The notes beneath the pieces are model-generated. The model saw nothing but the letters and a program-made list of their open reading frames with translations. It did not search any database and was not told where the DNA came from. A stretch of 63,493 nucleotides of DNA, the filler included, from Atractiella rhizophila (taxonomy: Eukaryota): the NCBI GenBank assembly GCA_021432655.1. It is 4 parts of 4 records of this genome, joined end to end, with 100 filler letters (N's around TTAATTAATTAA, not from the genome) between each part and the next. Parts side by side here need not be neighbours in the genome. Positions count along the whole stretch, not along the records: positions 1 to 15,818 come from MU271925.1; 3 more parts are not named here. The stretch is one strand, 5' to 3'. Positions 1 to 13,566 of this stretch are shown here, piece by piece; positions within the stretch are counted from its first letter, which is position 1; each line of letters starts with the position of its first letter. Made by a program: the position numbers and the translations under genes.

Positions 1-881
1 CAGGTCGGGATTTTTCAGGGTTGCAGGACCATTCTCAAGGTTGGGCTTGGGGACAATCATTGTGTGAGGGATGGCTATGATTGCAGGATGATGCTGAAAA
101 AAGGGGGTGGTCTAGCTATGAATACATTGTCAATGAGCACAGAGGAGACTTTGTCCTCGTGTTGGGGCTGCATCCCATGTAAATAATCCTCAGAGCATTG
201 ATATCATTATCAGTTGATTGCATACTAGTAGCACTTCGCTAGCCTGCACTCACAAATGGCTTAGGTTCGGACAATTAACGTTTCAGCTGCACATACGATT
301 TTAAATGCAATGGCACAGTGTCCAGTGAAGGGCCATATTTACAAATTTGCGACTACTGAAGGAAAGTCCATGTAGTGACCGCCACGAGAGGTAGTCAACC
401 TTGACATGGAACTGGGCACAACAAGGCCAGTTGCCTTTGCAGCTACCCACACATCCAAGATTCCAAGTGTTAGCGACAAAACATGATAGCAGATGACTGG
501 CTAAGCAATATTTAGAATGATGAATACGACACAGATTGTCTTAGGAAACCTTCACCCGTAGCTATGAATGAGCCTTATCCAATTGCTCAAACCATGCCTG
601 CATGTACCGCCCAGTAACAAGAAGCAGTAAAAGACAACGAGCGAATGACACCACAAAGATTGTCCCGGCTTGTAACTAATTATCTGAATGTTGGTGAAAA
701 CATCGAATTCGGTGGAATACACGCTGAGTATTAGAAGCTACCGAAGTGCATTATTTTCGAAAGATGCCATGCACTATTTTTACAAGAAAATGGGTAATCA
801 AATGTTCTAACAGCAGACAAATGTACAGATAGCTATAGTTGTATACTCACGCCAGTCCATCTCTGTTCCATTTCGACAGCC

Positions 882-3473
882 TTATATAAACCTCCTCCAA
901 ACCTTTTGGACCATGTTGCTGGCTTCCGTCACTTCCTGCATCACGAATAGTGAATACATGTTGCGACTTGAGCACAAGAGCGGCACTGACCTCTTCCACT
1001 GCGTCGCGGCTTCCAGTGTCCAAATCTATACTTCTTATATCGATAAAAGATGTCCGAAAGTACAGTCTGTAACCTGTGAACAGGGCAAGGAAGAAGAGCT
1101 TTGAAAGGAAGTAGTCAGCAAGTGGTCAGACGATTGATAGAGACATGAGGACGTACAATTGGGAGGTAAGAAACAATGAAGCGTCCAACGTCAAACTTAT
1201 CTAATATCACCACATCAGATCAGTTATTCTCAACGCAAACATGGAAAGTACCCTCCAAAAATATGGCAAAACCGTTGAACTGGGATCCCCATTAGCATCT
1301 GTTGCAACGGGAGAGAGGGATAACGCACAAACATGACCAGAGAAATCATGGTGAGGCCGTAATAACTCAGATACGGCTGGAATGGCGCTGTGTATGGTAT
1401 GGATTTCTGATAATTTTGCATCTTTACTGCTTCATGGAAACGCAAATAGGTAGCCTGTACCCTTCCGCTTCAGAAAGGATGGAGGGCAGTGAATCACGTA
1501 CAAGAATTCCCCACCATGTTATTAAGCCGATGACAGAATTAAAGGTCTGAAGCCGGTCGAAAACTGTCCAAGGATCTGACACTAATATGATGTACGTTAG
1601 AAGCCCGCTAGGCTAGAGTCAGCACTAAATTCCCACGTAGAGAAGCAGACGAACAAGCTGCCAGTTATGACCAGACAGAGCCAAGGAAGCCCAAATCTGT
1701 TTGTCCTCAGCAACCAAGTTGGTGCTCCTCCGCTGAGCGCGAGCCCATAGAGAGATCTCGAGCTGGTATACAGATTGCTGGATCCTGCGGACCAAGCAGA
1801 CCTATTTCAAAAGGTCATTCTTGCATTATAGACTAGACTAAAAGAAAGAACGAACGTGAGAATCGCAGCGTTAATTACGGAAGGTAGTCCCTTGATTCCG
1901 GCTCTCTTGATTGCAATGACAAAGGGCGAGTTCGCAGCGGTACTTTGGCCCTTAGCCACGCCGGGCAGATTCTGGTCGTTCGACGGACAGAGAAGGCCGA
2001 TTATGAAGACACCTATGAAACAGGTTCAGCGATGCATACTCAAGAAGCAAAGAGAGGAGCATACCAAGAATATAAAAGAGGAGTATGCGAATAAACAAGC
2101 GCCGGACCGCTCGAGGAAGAGTTCGTCGAGGATTCTTGGCTTCTCCGGAAGCCATGGCGATAATTTCAGTTCCATTGTAAGAGAAGGCAGCTTGAATCAA
2201 AACACGCCAAAATCCTGGAAACAGGATTCGTCACCGACGAACGCTGAGCGGACGAAAAGGCCATACCTAGGAAACGACCTTTCGCTCCTTGAATGCCTAA
2301 ATATTGCACGAATCTGTTCCGCATTGTTGTCATCAGAGAACGGGCTATGAAACAAATATTTGGAAAACGAACGGTCCAGGATTCTTCCAAAACTACATCA
2401 TTCAGGTGAGACTTCGATCTTCGTAGTTGTGAGCGAAGCGAACAAACGAACCTGGAAGCCCAATCTCTCGCCTTCTGGACCTCCTCCCAAGTCAATGACA
2501 ATCCCCAAAACAATCAATCCAACGATGGTGACGACTTTGATAGATCCAAACCAAAATTCGCTCTCACCATAGACTCGAGCTCCGCACGCATTGATTGCCA
2601 GGACGACGGCGTAGAGAATTGTGATCCACAACGCATCATATTTCTTCGTTCCGCTCCAGAAGTGCAAAAGCACGACAGCGGCTGCCAATTCAACTGGGAG
2701 TGAGGTCGTCCAATTTAGACAGTAGGTCCAGCCGAGCGAAAAGGAGAAGGCTGGATCGACTAGACGAGTCGCAAGCGCGATGTGACCGCCCTAGTCATCG
2801 GTGGATTAGCACTTGTTTAGTCAAGGAAGAAGGAACTGACAGGTAGGGGAAGGTGTGAAATCATGCTTCCTAGTGCGACCATCATCGAGATGGTGATCGT
2901 TCCCCATATCCTGCTCATCCAGTGAACAACAGTGGAGCGGAGAAAAAATATATAACCTACGAGTAACCAAGTAGCAATCCTAAAGGTCCTGCATTGGCTA
3001 AAGACTGGCCACTGCCAAGGAAGAGACCTATAGATCAAATCGTTAATTCTTCCAGAATCGTTGGCACCGCAAACACTTACCCGTCCCGATCACACCTGCA
3101 ACTGAAATCATGATCACATGTCTACCTCCAACATAAGTTTTCAAACGATGAAAATAAAGTGTGAAGGGACGAACCTCGGTTTCATCTCTCTCCTCAAGTT
3201 CCCTTTCAAAACAACATGCATCCCTCTCTTCGCCCGCCTGTCCTCCTTTCCAACTCCAAACGCCCAATCGACCTCCGTCCCCTTCCTCATCTTCATATCC
3301 ATGTCGAGCGAGCTTATCGAGCCACCGGTGCGCATAGGAGCTGCATACGTCTGGTATCCCACGCCCTCGTCTTCAGCTGGGAGTGAGCGGATGGATGAGG
3401 TATCTGGCGAGGCCAGATAATCCGTCTGTTGTGAAGGGTATCGGGAAGTAAGATGCCTGTAGGAGTCGCCCAT
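882..3473 (-). CDS. Amino acid permease (APC/YAT family), multi-exon; the true start could lie in the adjacent N gap
   Basis: Spliced pieces RHVIMISVAGVIGTG, VYGESEFWFGSIKVVTIVGLI, QAAFSYNGTEIIAMASGEAKNPRR and PYTAPFQPY are typical of fungal amino acid permeases. The last exon ends ...KVWRRFI* at 882. Confidence 0.9.
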
Positions 3474-3483
3474 TCTGGTCTGA

Positions 3484-3919
3484 NNNNNNNNNNNNNNNNN
3501 NNNNNNNNNNNNNNNNNNNNNNNNNNNNNNNNNNNNNNNNNNNNNNNNNNNNNNNNNNNNNNNNNNNNNNNNNNNNNNNNNNNNNNNNNNNNNNNNNNNN
3601 NNNNNNNNNNNNNNNNNNNNNNNNNNNNNNNNNNNNNNNNNNNNNNNNNNNNNNNNNNNNNNNNNNNNNNNNNNNNNNNNNNNNNNNNNNNNNNNNNNNN
3701 NNNNNNNNNNNNNNNNNNNNNNNNNNNNNNNNNNNNNNNNNNNNNNNNNNNNNNNNNNNNNNNNNNNNNNNNNNNNNNNNNNNNNNNNNNNNNNNNNNNN
3801 NNNNNNNNNNNNNNNNNNNNNNNNNNNNNNNNNNNNNNNNNNNNNNNNNNNNNNNNNNNNNNNNNNNNNNNNNNNNNNNNNNNNNNNNNNNNNNNNNNNN
3901 NNNNNNNNNNNNNNNNNNT
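3484..3919. other. Assembly gap (N run)
   Basis: 436 consecutive N. Confidence 0.99.
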
Positions 3920-4994
3920 AAAGCTGAGGGACTCGTTCTACCCCCGCATTTCGCCCCTTTGTCCACAGGAGCAGTTATCTGCCTCAGGTTTCTCGGAAAG
4001 AAGGCCATTAAATTACCACTTAAATAGCTCGCTTAAGGTCATGACAATTATCATTCTACTGGGTCCTTCTTCTTGAGGCGTTTTGCGTTTTAGAATATGA
4101 CAACTCGAGACAAAGTCAATCTAATAAGAAACAGAAACATTGAACAGAATACGAGATAGAGGTTCGAAACATCGAAATGCCAATTCAACATGTCGATGTT
4201 CGCCTCAAAAGACTATCTTTGATGCTGTTCAAAGAACCTGTCATTGATCAACAAAAATATCGGGCGATGCAATCGGCGTAAGTGCTGAGATCGTTGAGAA
4301 TTATCACCCAAGAATCCCGCTCAGGCTCCCCAATCAACCACAACTTTTCAAGAAGATGCCGAACGAGATCCAACATGAAGGATAGCTTTCGAGGAATCTT
4401 TTCATAACGAGCTGATGTATAAATGAGCTCATTTTTAATTTTTTGGATCCGGCGCCGGCTTCCAAATTGAATGTCGTTGGAGAAAAGTTAGACATGGCTA
4501 CCAGAGCCTTCGAGCTGTCACCTCCTTGCATTCCGTTTGGACAAGACCGTTGAGTCTCCCTTTGCAGTACAAATATGCCTTTTGTCAGCTCCAAATAAAT
4601 AGCCTGAGACCAAGCCCATGAATGCAAGCAAAATGACTGAGATGACCAAATGAGTCAGTCGGTCTACGGAGCGTCGGCCGAGTCATCAGACTCGATCAGC
4701 CTCTCTAAATTCCAACCACTTTGCAGTCTGCGTCCCTGCCACCAAGTTTGACCATTGCCCTGATAACTAGCAAAACAACGGCAAACCAGCTGCAAAGTCA
4801 TCACGCATAGAACCAACGCACGCTCACTCCTTCCCCTCACCCTCCTTCCGCTTACTCCCTCGCCCCGCCCTTTTCCCTGGCCTTCTCCCGTCACACGGAA
4901 TATCACTAGGAATATCGCTTGGACAAGGAATAGGAATTGCAGTCAAAGCGGCGGTAGAGGGAGATATAGCGTAGCAAGTAAAGTAATAGCCATC

Positions 4995-5919
4995 ATGGAA
5001 GGAGACTACACTTTTCCCTCCTTCCGTATCCGTCCTCTCCGCGGTATGTCCTCCTCTCTTCTCAAATCATTTACTATGGATTAAAAATCATCAAAAAGAC
5101 CCGCAAAAGACCCCGCTCATACTCGTCGCCTGCGGCTCCTTCTCTCCTCTCACCTTCCTCCACCTGCGCATGTTCGAAATGGCCCGCGACCATGCCCACT
5201 CCTACACCCCATACGAGGTCGTCGGCGGCCTCCTGTCGCCCGTCAACGACGCATACGGGAAGAAAGGACTGATCGAATCCTTCCACCGCTTCGAGATGTG
5301 TCGTCTCGCCTGCGCCCGAACAAGCGATTGGATCGCCGTCGACCCGTGGGAGGCGCGACAGGCGGAGTACACGCCGACGGCGAGGGTGTTGGACCATTTC
5401 GAGGAGATGGTGAATGGAGATGTGGATGCGGGAGGCATGGGCGGCGTGACTTGTTTTGTGCAGGATGGAGAGGGTGGGGAGTTGAGAGAGGAGAAGAGGA
5501 AGGCGAGGGTCATGCTTCTCGCTGGTACTGACCTTATTCAAACCATGTCTTCGCCCGGCGTTTGGGACGAGAGAGACCTTCATCATATTCTTGGGATGTA
5601 CGGCTGTTACATCATCGAACGAGCTAATTCGGAAGTCGACTCGGAAATCTTTGGCTCGTCGTCCGTTCATTCGAGGAACCTCTTGTCACTCTACAAGGAG
5701 AACATCCACATGGTCCAACAGTTGGTCAGGAACGATGTGTCGAGTACGAAGATTCGTTTGTTCAGGAAGAAGGGGATGAGCGTAAAGTATCTCTTGCCGG
5801 ACGTCGTCGAGGAGTACATCAGGAGGAACGGACTCTACCTGGACGAAGGTGGGAGCCCAAGTGTACGAAGGGCGGAGCTGGGGATGGCTTCTGGATCGAT
5901 GACCGCGGTAGAGGAGTGA
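4995..5919 (+). CDS. NMA1: Nicotinamide/nicotinate mononucleotide adenylyltransferase (NMNAT), 2 exons
   Basis: ATG at 4995, one intron, then LVACGSFSPLTFLHLRMFEMARD, SPVNDAYGKKGL, WEARQ, MLLAGTDL and NDVSSTKIRLF. Confidence 0.95.
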
Positions 5920-6105
5920 TCCCCATCCTCTACCCTCTCATCCCTTTCACTTCTTGTCTCATGGTATCAGCTTGCGTTTTCTATCTCGTAAAGTCTTTCT
6001 GGTTTCACCTATTCTTGAGGCAGCTCCCGTTTCCTATCTTATCCTCTCTCCTGTATTCCAGCTCGTTCCTTGCGTTCAGACAATTGTCTTATTACTAGCA
6101 GTATC

Positions 6106-6331
6106 TTCAACTTCACACCGTGATAGAAAGAAAAGAAGAAGCTGTATTGTGACACTACACCTGCACCTACACCTCATGGCGAATTGCATTCTCATTCCAT
6201 CCTTTCATCCTTTCATCGCACATACACACATGCATGCGTAAACAAGTTGCCACTAGTTAATCCTCGACGTCGACACATCACTCCAAGCATACCGCTCATT
6301 CAACACCCACTCAACCTCCTCCACATCACAT
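6106..6331. repeat. Diverged direct copy of 8840-9048 (last codons and 3' flank of the GNAT gene)
   Basis: Both copies share TTCAACTTCAC..GTGATAGAAAGAAAA..GCTGTATTGTGACACTACA..AATTGCATTCTCATTC..ATACCGCTCATTCAA. The minus strand reads EEVEWVLNERYAWS versus EEVEWVLNERYSWS. Confidence 0.85.
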
Positions 6332-6569
6332 GGATGTAGTTAAGGGAGCTGACTGAAGTTGCGGTAGGAAATACAAAATAATAAATAATAGGATGTCCTG
6401 GTGAGGCTCAATATCCTGTAGTACTGTGCTCGACCATTCCTCATCCTCAAAGCATAGCTACTCCATTCCACTCAAATCAGTGCAATGATAAGGTTGCGTC
6501 TTCATGTTCTCCCATATCTTCTCGATAAGTTACCGCAGAGTACTTTGTACCGGTCGATTTGGATCATGG

Positions 6570-8109
6570 CTAATGACCACTTTGGGTAGTGGCTTCGTGA
6601 ATTTCAGGGTATCTAGAAGGATAAGGGCTTCCTCCATACCCCTCCTGATACGACTGTTGATATTGCGTGCTCGGTGGTGAGGCGCTCAGCTGATGCCTAT
6701 TCCTGAAATCGCTAACCAGCCCGACATTAAAAGGCCGGAATGCTTGATCCCCCTTTTCGCTGAAGTCGGAACCCTCGGATGTGTGTCCTGGCGTACAGCG
6801 ATTGTCGACGGGAGGACTGAGTGGCACGGGCATGGGAGGAGAGAAGATTGGCTCGCGTGTTGGCTGCCGTCGACTTTTGCGACGCCGGTAAAAGAAAAAG
6901 CCAAGGATAATGAGCGCGAACGCTGCAATGCCGCCTACGACACCTCCAGCAATGGCACCGACGTTGACCGAAGATTTCGAAGAGTGGGAAGGAGGCGGAT
7001 AGTAGTCCATCGTGAGAAGGAAATAGTCGATGAAGTTGGTCAATCCATCTTGTAAATTCTCCACGGTTATTGTATGTTCTTTGGATGAATCAAGGTTCTC
7101 GAAACTGCAAAGATATACAGGAAGGACGAAATCCGCAGAGGAGGAATTGAAGTCAACAACTTGATCTTCCACCGTGCATCGCCCAGTGGAATGATTGGCA
7201 GCGGTACTTCCTATGAAATAGATGGCTGAAGAATGAGCAAACGTGAGCTGTGCGGTAGCTCCTGCGTGATTAGTCGCGTGCAAAGTCTGACCAAAGAACT
7301 TCGCATTGCGCCCATCTCCTAACGTCCAAGTCTACGCGCATAGCTTGTCAAACCAGACTGTTGACGTGAGTGACGAGGAAGAGACGCACCCCAGAATATG
7401 CGATGGCAGGATCAGAATCGTCAATGGACACATTTCTCCTCTGCAGCTGAAAGGCATCAACGCTTGTTTCTTGAGTAGAGTCGCTCATATCGTCGTAAGT
7501 CACCCTTCAATAAGGTCGGATCACTCAAAACAAGACAGGATTGCAAAAAGAGAATCGCACAGGAAGGCATCAACCGTCATATCCCCTCCTCCGTCATTTG
7601 TGACCGTCAGTGTGTGCTCCTTTCCCTCGTCCAGAGCCTCAAAGCTGCACATCACGAAATTGGTTTGCCAGAGCTCATCTGCCGCGTTGACGTTGACGGG
7701 GGCTTCATCATCCAAGGTGCAAGTAAGTCTCCCATCCGATGCTCTCCTTTCTCCGATGAAATAGATCGCCTAGCCTCCGTCATAAGCCATGGCACAGTCC
7801 AAACATTCGAAGACAGGACTCACACTGCCGTTAAACTTAAGCACTGCTGACGCGCCAGCATCTCCCACTTCGTGCTTCGAAGAATTGAAGTATAGGACGG
7901 CCTGCGTTGTAGGTTCCCAGTTCTTCAATCAACCTTCAGTCAGGCTCCAGCGACTAGACTTTGTGAGCGATTCAACTCACACCACGGTAGGACACCAAAT
8001 GATTGGTGTCATCAATTGTCCAGTTCCTCGGCACAGCTATGACACTTAAAGCGAGTAGGAACAGCCTGAGGAACAGGCCTAATCGGGGAAGCCATGATAC
8101 CTTTGACAT
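6570..8109 (-). CDS. Type I membrane protein: signal peptide, extracellular beta-rich region, single TM helix, Pro/Ser-rich tail
   Basis: First exon MSKVSWLPRLGLFLRLFLLALSVIAVPRNWTIDD. Repeated HT(L/I)TV.N motifs. TM VNVGAIAGGVVGGIAAFALIILGFFFY followed by RRRK. Confidence 0.8.
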
Positions 8110-8617
8110 TGTCACGGCTTCTTCCGTGGCCTACGAGATGGAGAACAAGGAATAAAACTTATGCAGACCTGGAGTCGTTTGCAGGCAGGTCTGCTTTTAA
8201 GTGCCATCTTGGCATGAGCAAATAACCCACACAGTCTAACAAGACGAGTGGATCGGAGTGGGCATCGGCCCGTTTGCTGCAGCACGCAAAGAGCCTGAAT
8301 CATGAGTGAATACGAATATGCCGCGACCAAGGAAACGGACCAAAGTCATCTGGTGAGAGAAGGCTCTCCTAGCTTCAGGTATGGAGTAGATTCAAACGAG
8401 AAAGCTTTTCAAAATCCAAGCAAAATCCACGGAACAGCATCAGCGAATTGGGCCCTGACAATTCCTTTGAATCACGAAAATCACAAAGTAGCAAGGTAGC
8501 CGAGCTAGTTGACAGTCAGTTAGTTACGACTCATCCATACTCATCTTGCAATTGATAATCTCGACGGTTCTTGACTATCACAGTCTTCTCACAAGCATCT
8601 TTAAATTCACTCGCGAT

Positions 8618-8800
8618 TAGGGCTGTTCAACGTCACCGTTGAGACGGCTGACGGTGCGGGGCGGACGGCTTTTTCAGCCACCCGTCCCGCCACCGTTGGC
8701 ACTTCCTTTCCAGGCGACGGACGGGATTGGTGGACGGCACCCTGCCGTCCTTAATCACCAACCTCTTTTGAAGACGGCTGAGACGGTGTGAGACGGCTAG
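8618..8800 (+). mobile_element. Probable hAT-type DNA transposon end or MITE remnant
   Basis: Starts TAGGGCTGTTCA (compare Ac TIR TAGGGATGAAA), followed by about a dozen ACGG/CCGT motifs and internal hairpins. No partner TIR seen. Confidence 0.5.
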
Positions 8801-8991
8801 TTGTGGGGTTAACCGGAGCTTGAAGCAGTCAAAGGTTCGTTCAACTTCACTGTGATAGAAAGAAAAAGGAACGAGCTGTATTGTGACACTACAGCTGCGC
8901 CGACATCCTATGCCGAAATTGCATTCTCATTCTATCCTTCTACTTGCATGTGTGAATGTGTCGCCGCCATTTAATGCTCGACGTCAACACG

Positions 8992-10469
8992 TCAACTCCA
9001 ACTATACCGCTCATTCAAGACCCATTCTACCTCCTCTTCATTACACATCGGCGGCCCATACCAAGCAAGACAAGGCCAAGAATCTTCCCTCTCTCTTCCT
9101 TTGCCTTCCTCTCTCAACCCCTCCCCTTCTTTCTGCGGCAAACTCCGAAACGCGTCTAACAAGCGCTCGTCCAAATTCCACACTTCCACCTTCTCTAGCC
9201 CCAACGCGTTCCCGACTTCAGCCGCGTGTAGCAGGATGCGCAGGAAGAGGTCTAGGTTGATGTTTGTGGGGGTGGAAGGCGAGGAGAGAGAGGGAAGGCG
9301 GAGGCGGAGGATCGTGAGTGTAGAATCGGCGTAGTCGTATAAGTAGTAAGCAAACGCCCATCCCTTTCTCTCTCCTGCATCACCGCCATTCTTCGCCTGC
9401 GAATCCCCTGACACTGACAAAGACTCAAGGTTAGGGATGGAAAGGTCTGGTCGATCGCCAATTTCAACGCCTAGGTAAGGAGCGACGGGATGTGGTGGAG
9501 AGAGATGTAAGCCAATCAGGTTGCTCCTTTGCTGTGTGAGCAACACCTTTTCTGCCGTTGGGAGGACGGCGAGTCGCACCTTTGCGGTGTTCGCGGAATC
9601 GGCCGCAGGTATAGGAGTGGAAGAGAGGAGAGAGGAGCGAAGGAGGTCTGTGTCGATAGATGCGATGGCTGACAGATCGGCTGTGGTCGTTATGGCGTTG
9701 ATTTTGAATTCGGTTGAGGAGAAGCGTGGGATTGAGGAGAGGAGGGAGGGGATGGAGAAGTGAGAAGAGATGGGGCTGTGAATCTTCCATCCTTGTCCGC
9801 AACGCGTGTAAAAGTCTCCAATGTCTATTCCCACCATGCTAGTCAACATATTTCATAGGCCACAAAGAGTAAGAGGAGGGGAGGAAGACCTGAATACAGA
9901 TTCGAACCCACCACTCCCACATCACCCTTCAGCTCCTTCTCGACAGCTTCCAGCATCCGTCTCCCGACGCCCTTCCCTCGATGTTCAGGTTTCACATACA
10001 CCGCAGTGATAGTCACAACGGTGCCCTCTTCAACAACCCGCTCCTTATTATCAGTGGTAGACCCGTCACTGGGGAGAGAAACGAAGACATCATGAGGATA
10101 GCCGTCACAAAAGGCGACATAGTCGAGACTGTCGCGCTTGTCAGAAGGGATGAATACCCTTGGCCAACCAATCTGAAATCAGTAACATAGAGCGGATAAC
10201 TAGTGAGGTGGACAAACCAACGCTTCATTCGTGAAGCAAAAGGCATGCTGTCCAATGTCCCTATACGGTGGAGAAAGTTCTCCAGTGTGTATGAGCCCTT
10301 TCCCCAGTGTTCCCATGCATCTCTGTTCCCTCCCACGCGAACATCAACTCTTTTCCTATACTGATGGAAAAAGATGAAATGGGAAAACGGACAAACGCGT
10401 TTGATGCCATTGCTCCTTCGTTGATGGGGAAAGCACCAACGCTTCATAGTCGAAAGAGGAGGAATCCAT
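8992..10469 (-). CDS. GNAT-family N-acetyltransferase, LYC1-like, multi-exon
   Basis: Start MDSSSFDYEALVLSP. Motifs (G)SNLYS|DIGDFYTRCGQGW, AAEVGNALGLEKVEVWN and WPCLAWYG...EWVLNERYSWS*. Confidence 0.75.
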
Positions 10470-11723
10470 TGTTTAGAAGGTTCCAGGTCCAGAAATGAAA
10501 ATGGCGCACCCAGATGGATTCATATATTTCAGCCTCAAAACCAGTCTTGTTCCAAGTCATGCTGTTTCCATCCACGTGGGCCGATGTGAAGATTGGATAT
10601 TGGATGCCGGAGCGAGACTGATTTGGCTCATGCATGTCAAAGAAGTAGACTGCTCAGGACTTGAATAGCAAATGTAGTCAAGTTGCAAAGAAGAATGACA
10701 TATCAACTTGTACAACATCCTGTGAATGGAGATCAGTATTTGGTGGTAGAACGAGGTGGGATGGCAGAGAGAGAGTGTGTGTGGACACATACTTCTTTCA
10801 ATTCACGCACCCCTGCGTTTTCTTGAAACAGTCAACTGAACGCGAACCTTTCGTTCAGGGCACCTAATCCACATCATCAATCGAGACATGGCCAAGGACC
10901 CTACTGCGCCTACCGCTCCTGCGTCGTCGCCAACGCTTTCCGCGCTCTCTGACTAGGACGGTCGTGGCTAAATTCTAAACGTCGACAGAGTTCAATTCAT
11001 GACATTTGAGTCGCTCGCAGGGAGGAGAGCCAGGAGCTCGCTGACCAAGCAAATTCAGCAACGTTAGAGTCTGTTCTTTGAATGCGGAATGCAGTTCCCA
11101 ACTTTCCTGCTTTGCAGAATATGAAACACATTGAACGCCTCTTTCGGGAATTGGGATTCATGTACAATTCCCTGTTCTGCAGGCAGACCCCAGAACCTCT
11201 GTTTTCACAAGCGACGATGGCCGTAACGACGCCTTATAGTACCCCCAGCAGCCACCTCGACTCAATTCTATCTTCCAACTAGACATACAGCCCCAAAAGA
11301 TGAACAAATGTCCTCTCCGTCCAAGGTTAGGGATCAAATCAATCAGATCGCTCACCTCGTCGTTACATTTGACCTGGCAACGATCCAATCTCAGACTCCT
11401 TGCTCTTGCTTCGCTTTCCAATTCCAAGCTGAAATCAATTCAAATGACAAAATCCACATCACATGAAAATTCTTGTCACAACGACGGATCAACGACGGAA
11501 AAAGCTGTTGATGAGGCCGCGATAGAAGATATGATTTCTCCATTCCGTTTCGAATACACAGCTCTTGGGGATTATTCTTAGTCACACAGTGCTACATCCA
11601 TGGAGAAGAATCTGCCTTGAAGCTTGAAGAATGGAAGAACCATTCAAGTCCTTCCAATTGACCTCTGCCAATACAAAGCAATAAAACAAGATGGAGAAAA
11701 TACACGCTCACGGCGACAAAGAG

Positions 11724-13566
11724 CTATCGTTCAATCTCGACTTCCATTGCCTCCCCCTCCCTCGCCTTTCTAATCTCCCTACTTTTCACAAACCATCTAT
11801 TAGGATGATCGACGACTTCTCCTCCTCCCATCCCATCTCCTTTCTTCATCTGATGCGTGACCTCAAACAGCCTTCACCACATCATCCTGTCAATCCAAGC
11901 AATGTCTGGAAGAAAGAAGAGAACGAACCGAGTGCATGCAACGTGATATAGCTTATTCTTGGATGCATCCACAATCTCTTTGTGCTCTTCCTTCGACCGT
12001 TCCAGCCCATAGGTACGCACGAGCGCAGTTCCGAGGGCTGTAGGGTCGAAGTGTTTGAATGGACAGCCATGAGAGTCATGCGTTCCTGGTTGATCTGTCA
12101 TAATGATTCGCTGGCATCTGCATCGCCCAGTAAAGATAAAAAGTTTATTACAGGATGAGGACACGTCGATTGAGTAAAGTAGGCAATGAAAAGGGGGACG
12201 AACGATTTTGGGGGATAGTTCATACGACGGCCTTCCAGACCATAAGAATGTCGGATATTGTATTTATACTCCTTTTCAAACTTGTCTCCTGTAATGTCCG
12301 ACCTTGTGAAATGTGTTTTCCAGAATCTGAGCGCATCCTCAATTGACAGGCCAATGCCCTACAAGCAATGCATCAGTATACGTCGAAGACAAAGAATCGA
12401 GGACAGGGGAGGGATTCGAACCTTCAAGAATAGTCCGAATTGCAATCGTGCATAATGTTTCAGATGCCCGTCTTTCTTCAGTGTATCGTAGAGGTGACGC
12501 ATGCACATTGGGAACCTATTCTCAACAAGAACTAGTCAACAAAGACCTTCATTTACTCTCGAAGACAGAGAAAAGACTGACGAACTATCCCTCACGAATC
12601 CAGGAACCATCTCACTCCTTATTTCCTCTTTATCTCCCTCGAAATCGAAATTATAGTCCTCTCCACCACCAGAAAGGAAGGAAGTTTCGAGATGCTCTAG
12701 GAGAGGAGGAAGGCGGGTGTCAGCGGACAAGGATGGTAGGGCTCGTGCACATAGGAGGAGGGATTGCGACAGGAGCGAGGAAAAGACGTTGAATATGAGT
12801 TGTGGGAGGTCCCGTGAAGTTAGGTAGGCTTGACCACGAGAGATCAAAAGTCGGCGGGAGGAGACTAGTTCTGGAATACGATTCCAAGGAGCCTTTATTC
12901 AGCGCCGAACCAGCTTCAATATATAATAATGAAGAAGAGGGAGTAAAAGAGGGAGACAACAGACTTTGTAGAGTACTTCTGATGGGGAGTTTTTCATCCA
13001 TCCATTTATTAACAGTAGCTTGTCCCTGACTTTTTCTTTCTCCTCCGCTCCCACCAGTTCAAGCGGCAACAGCCCATTCTCCATGAGATATCGAAAAAAT
13101 GCGTCACGCTCCTTCCCATCCTCTGTCTCCCAGCGATATTTGAACAAGCTCGTCTCAGCTCTGACAAAGCGATCGCGGAGCTCGTCCCTACGCATCACAC
13201 CAAGACAACCTTCACAAATCCAGTCTTCCCAAGATAGCAAGGGAAAAAGGAGACGTACGATCTGCAAAACGCCAATCTCAGCGCAAAATGACCAACATTG
13301 TCTCCTTTCCTCTCAGCTTCCACTTCATCCCTCTTCCCCCTCTCGCATGCCCAATTATGCATCATTTTCGCCCTCCCCTTAGCATCTTCAAATGCCCTAT
13401 TCCTTGAAGCACACGTTTCTATCTCTGACAACAGGCGCAAACGCGTCAGAGCGGTGGACTCGAAGAATTCGAGTGTCGCCTCGAAGGTTGGAGGGGATAG
13501 GTAGAAGGAGAGTCGATGGGGATATTGAGCTGGTGGCTGGTTTTTGATGTCTAGTTTAGAAGACAT
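11724..13566 (-). CDS. PRI2: DNA primase large subunit
   Basis: [53 protein letters not shown] and HPNRWF; stop at 11724. Confidence 0.95.

Noticed and set aside
3920..4100. A second reversed block beside the 436-N gap
   Set aside because: No coding or overlap evidence either way; untestable by eye.
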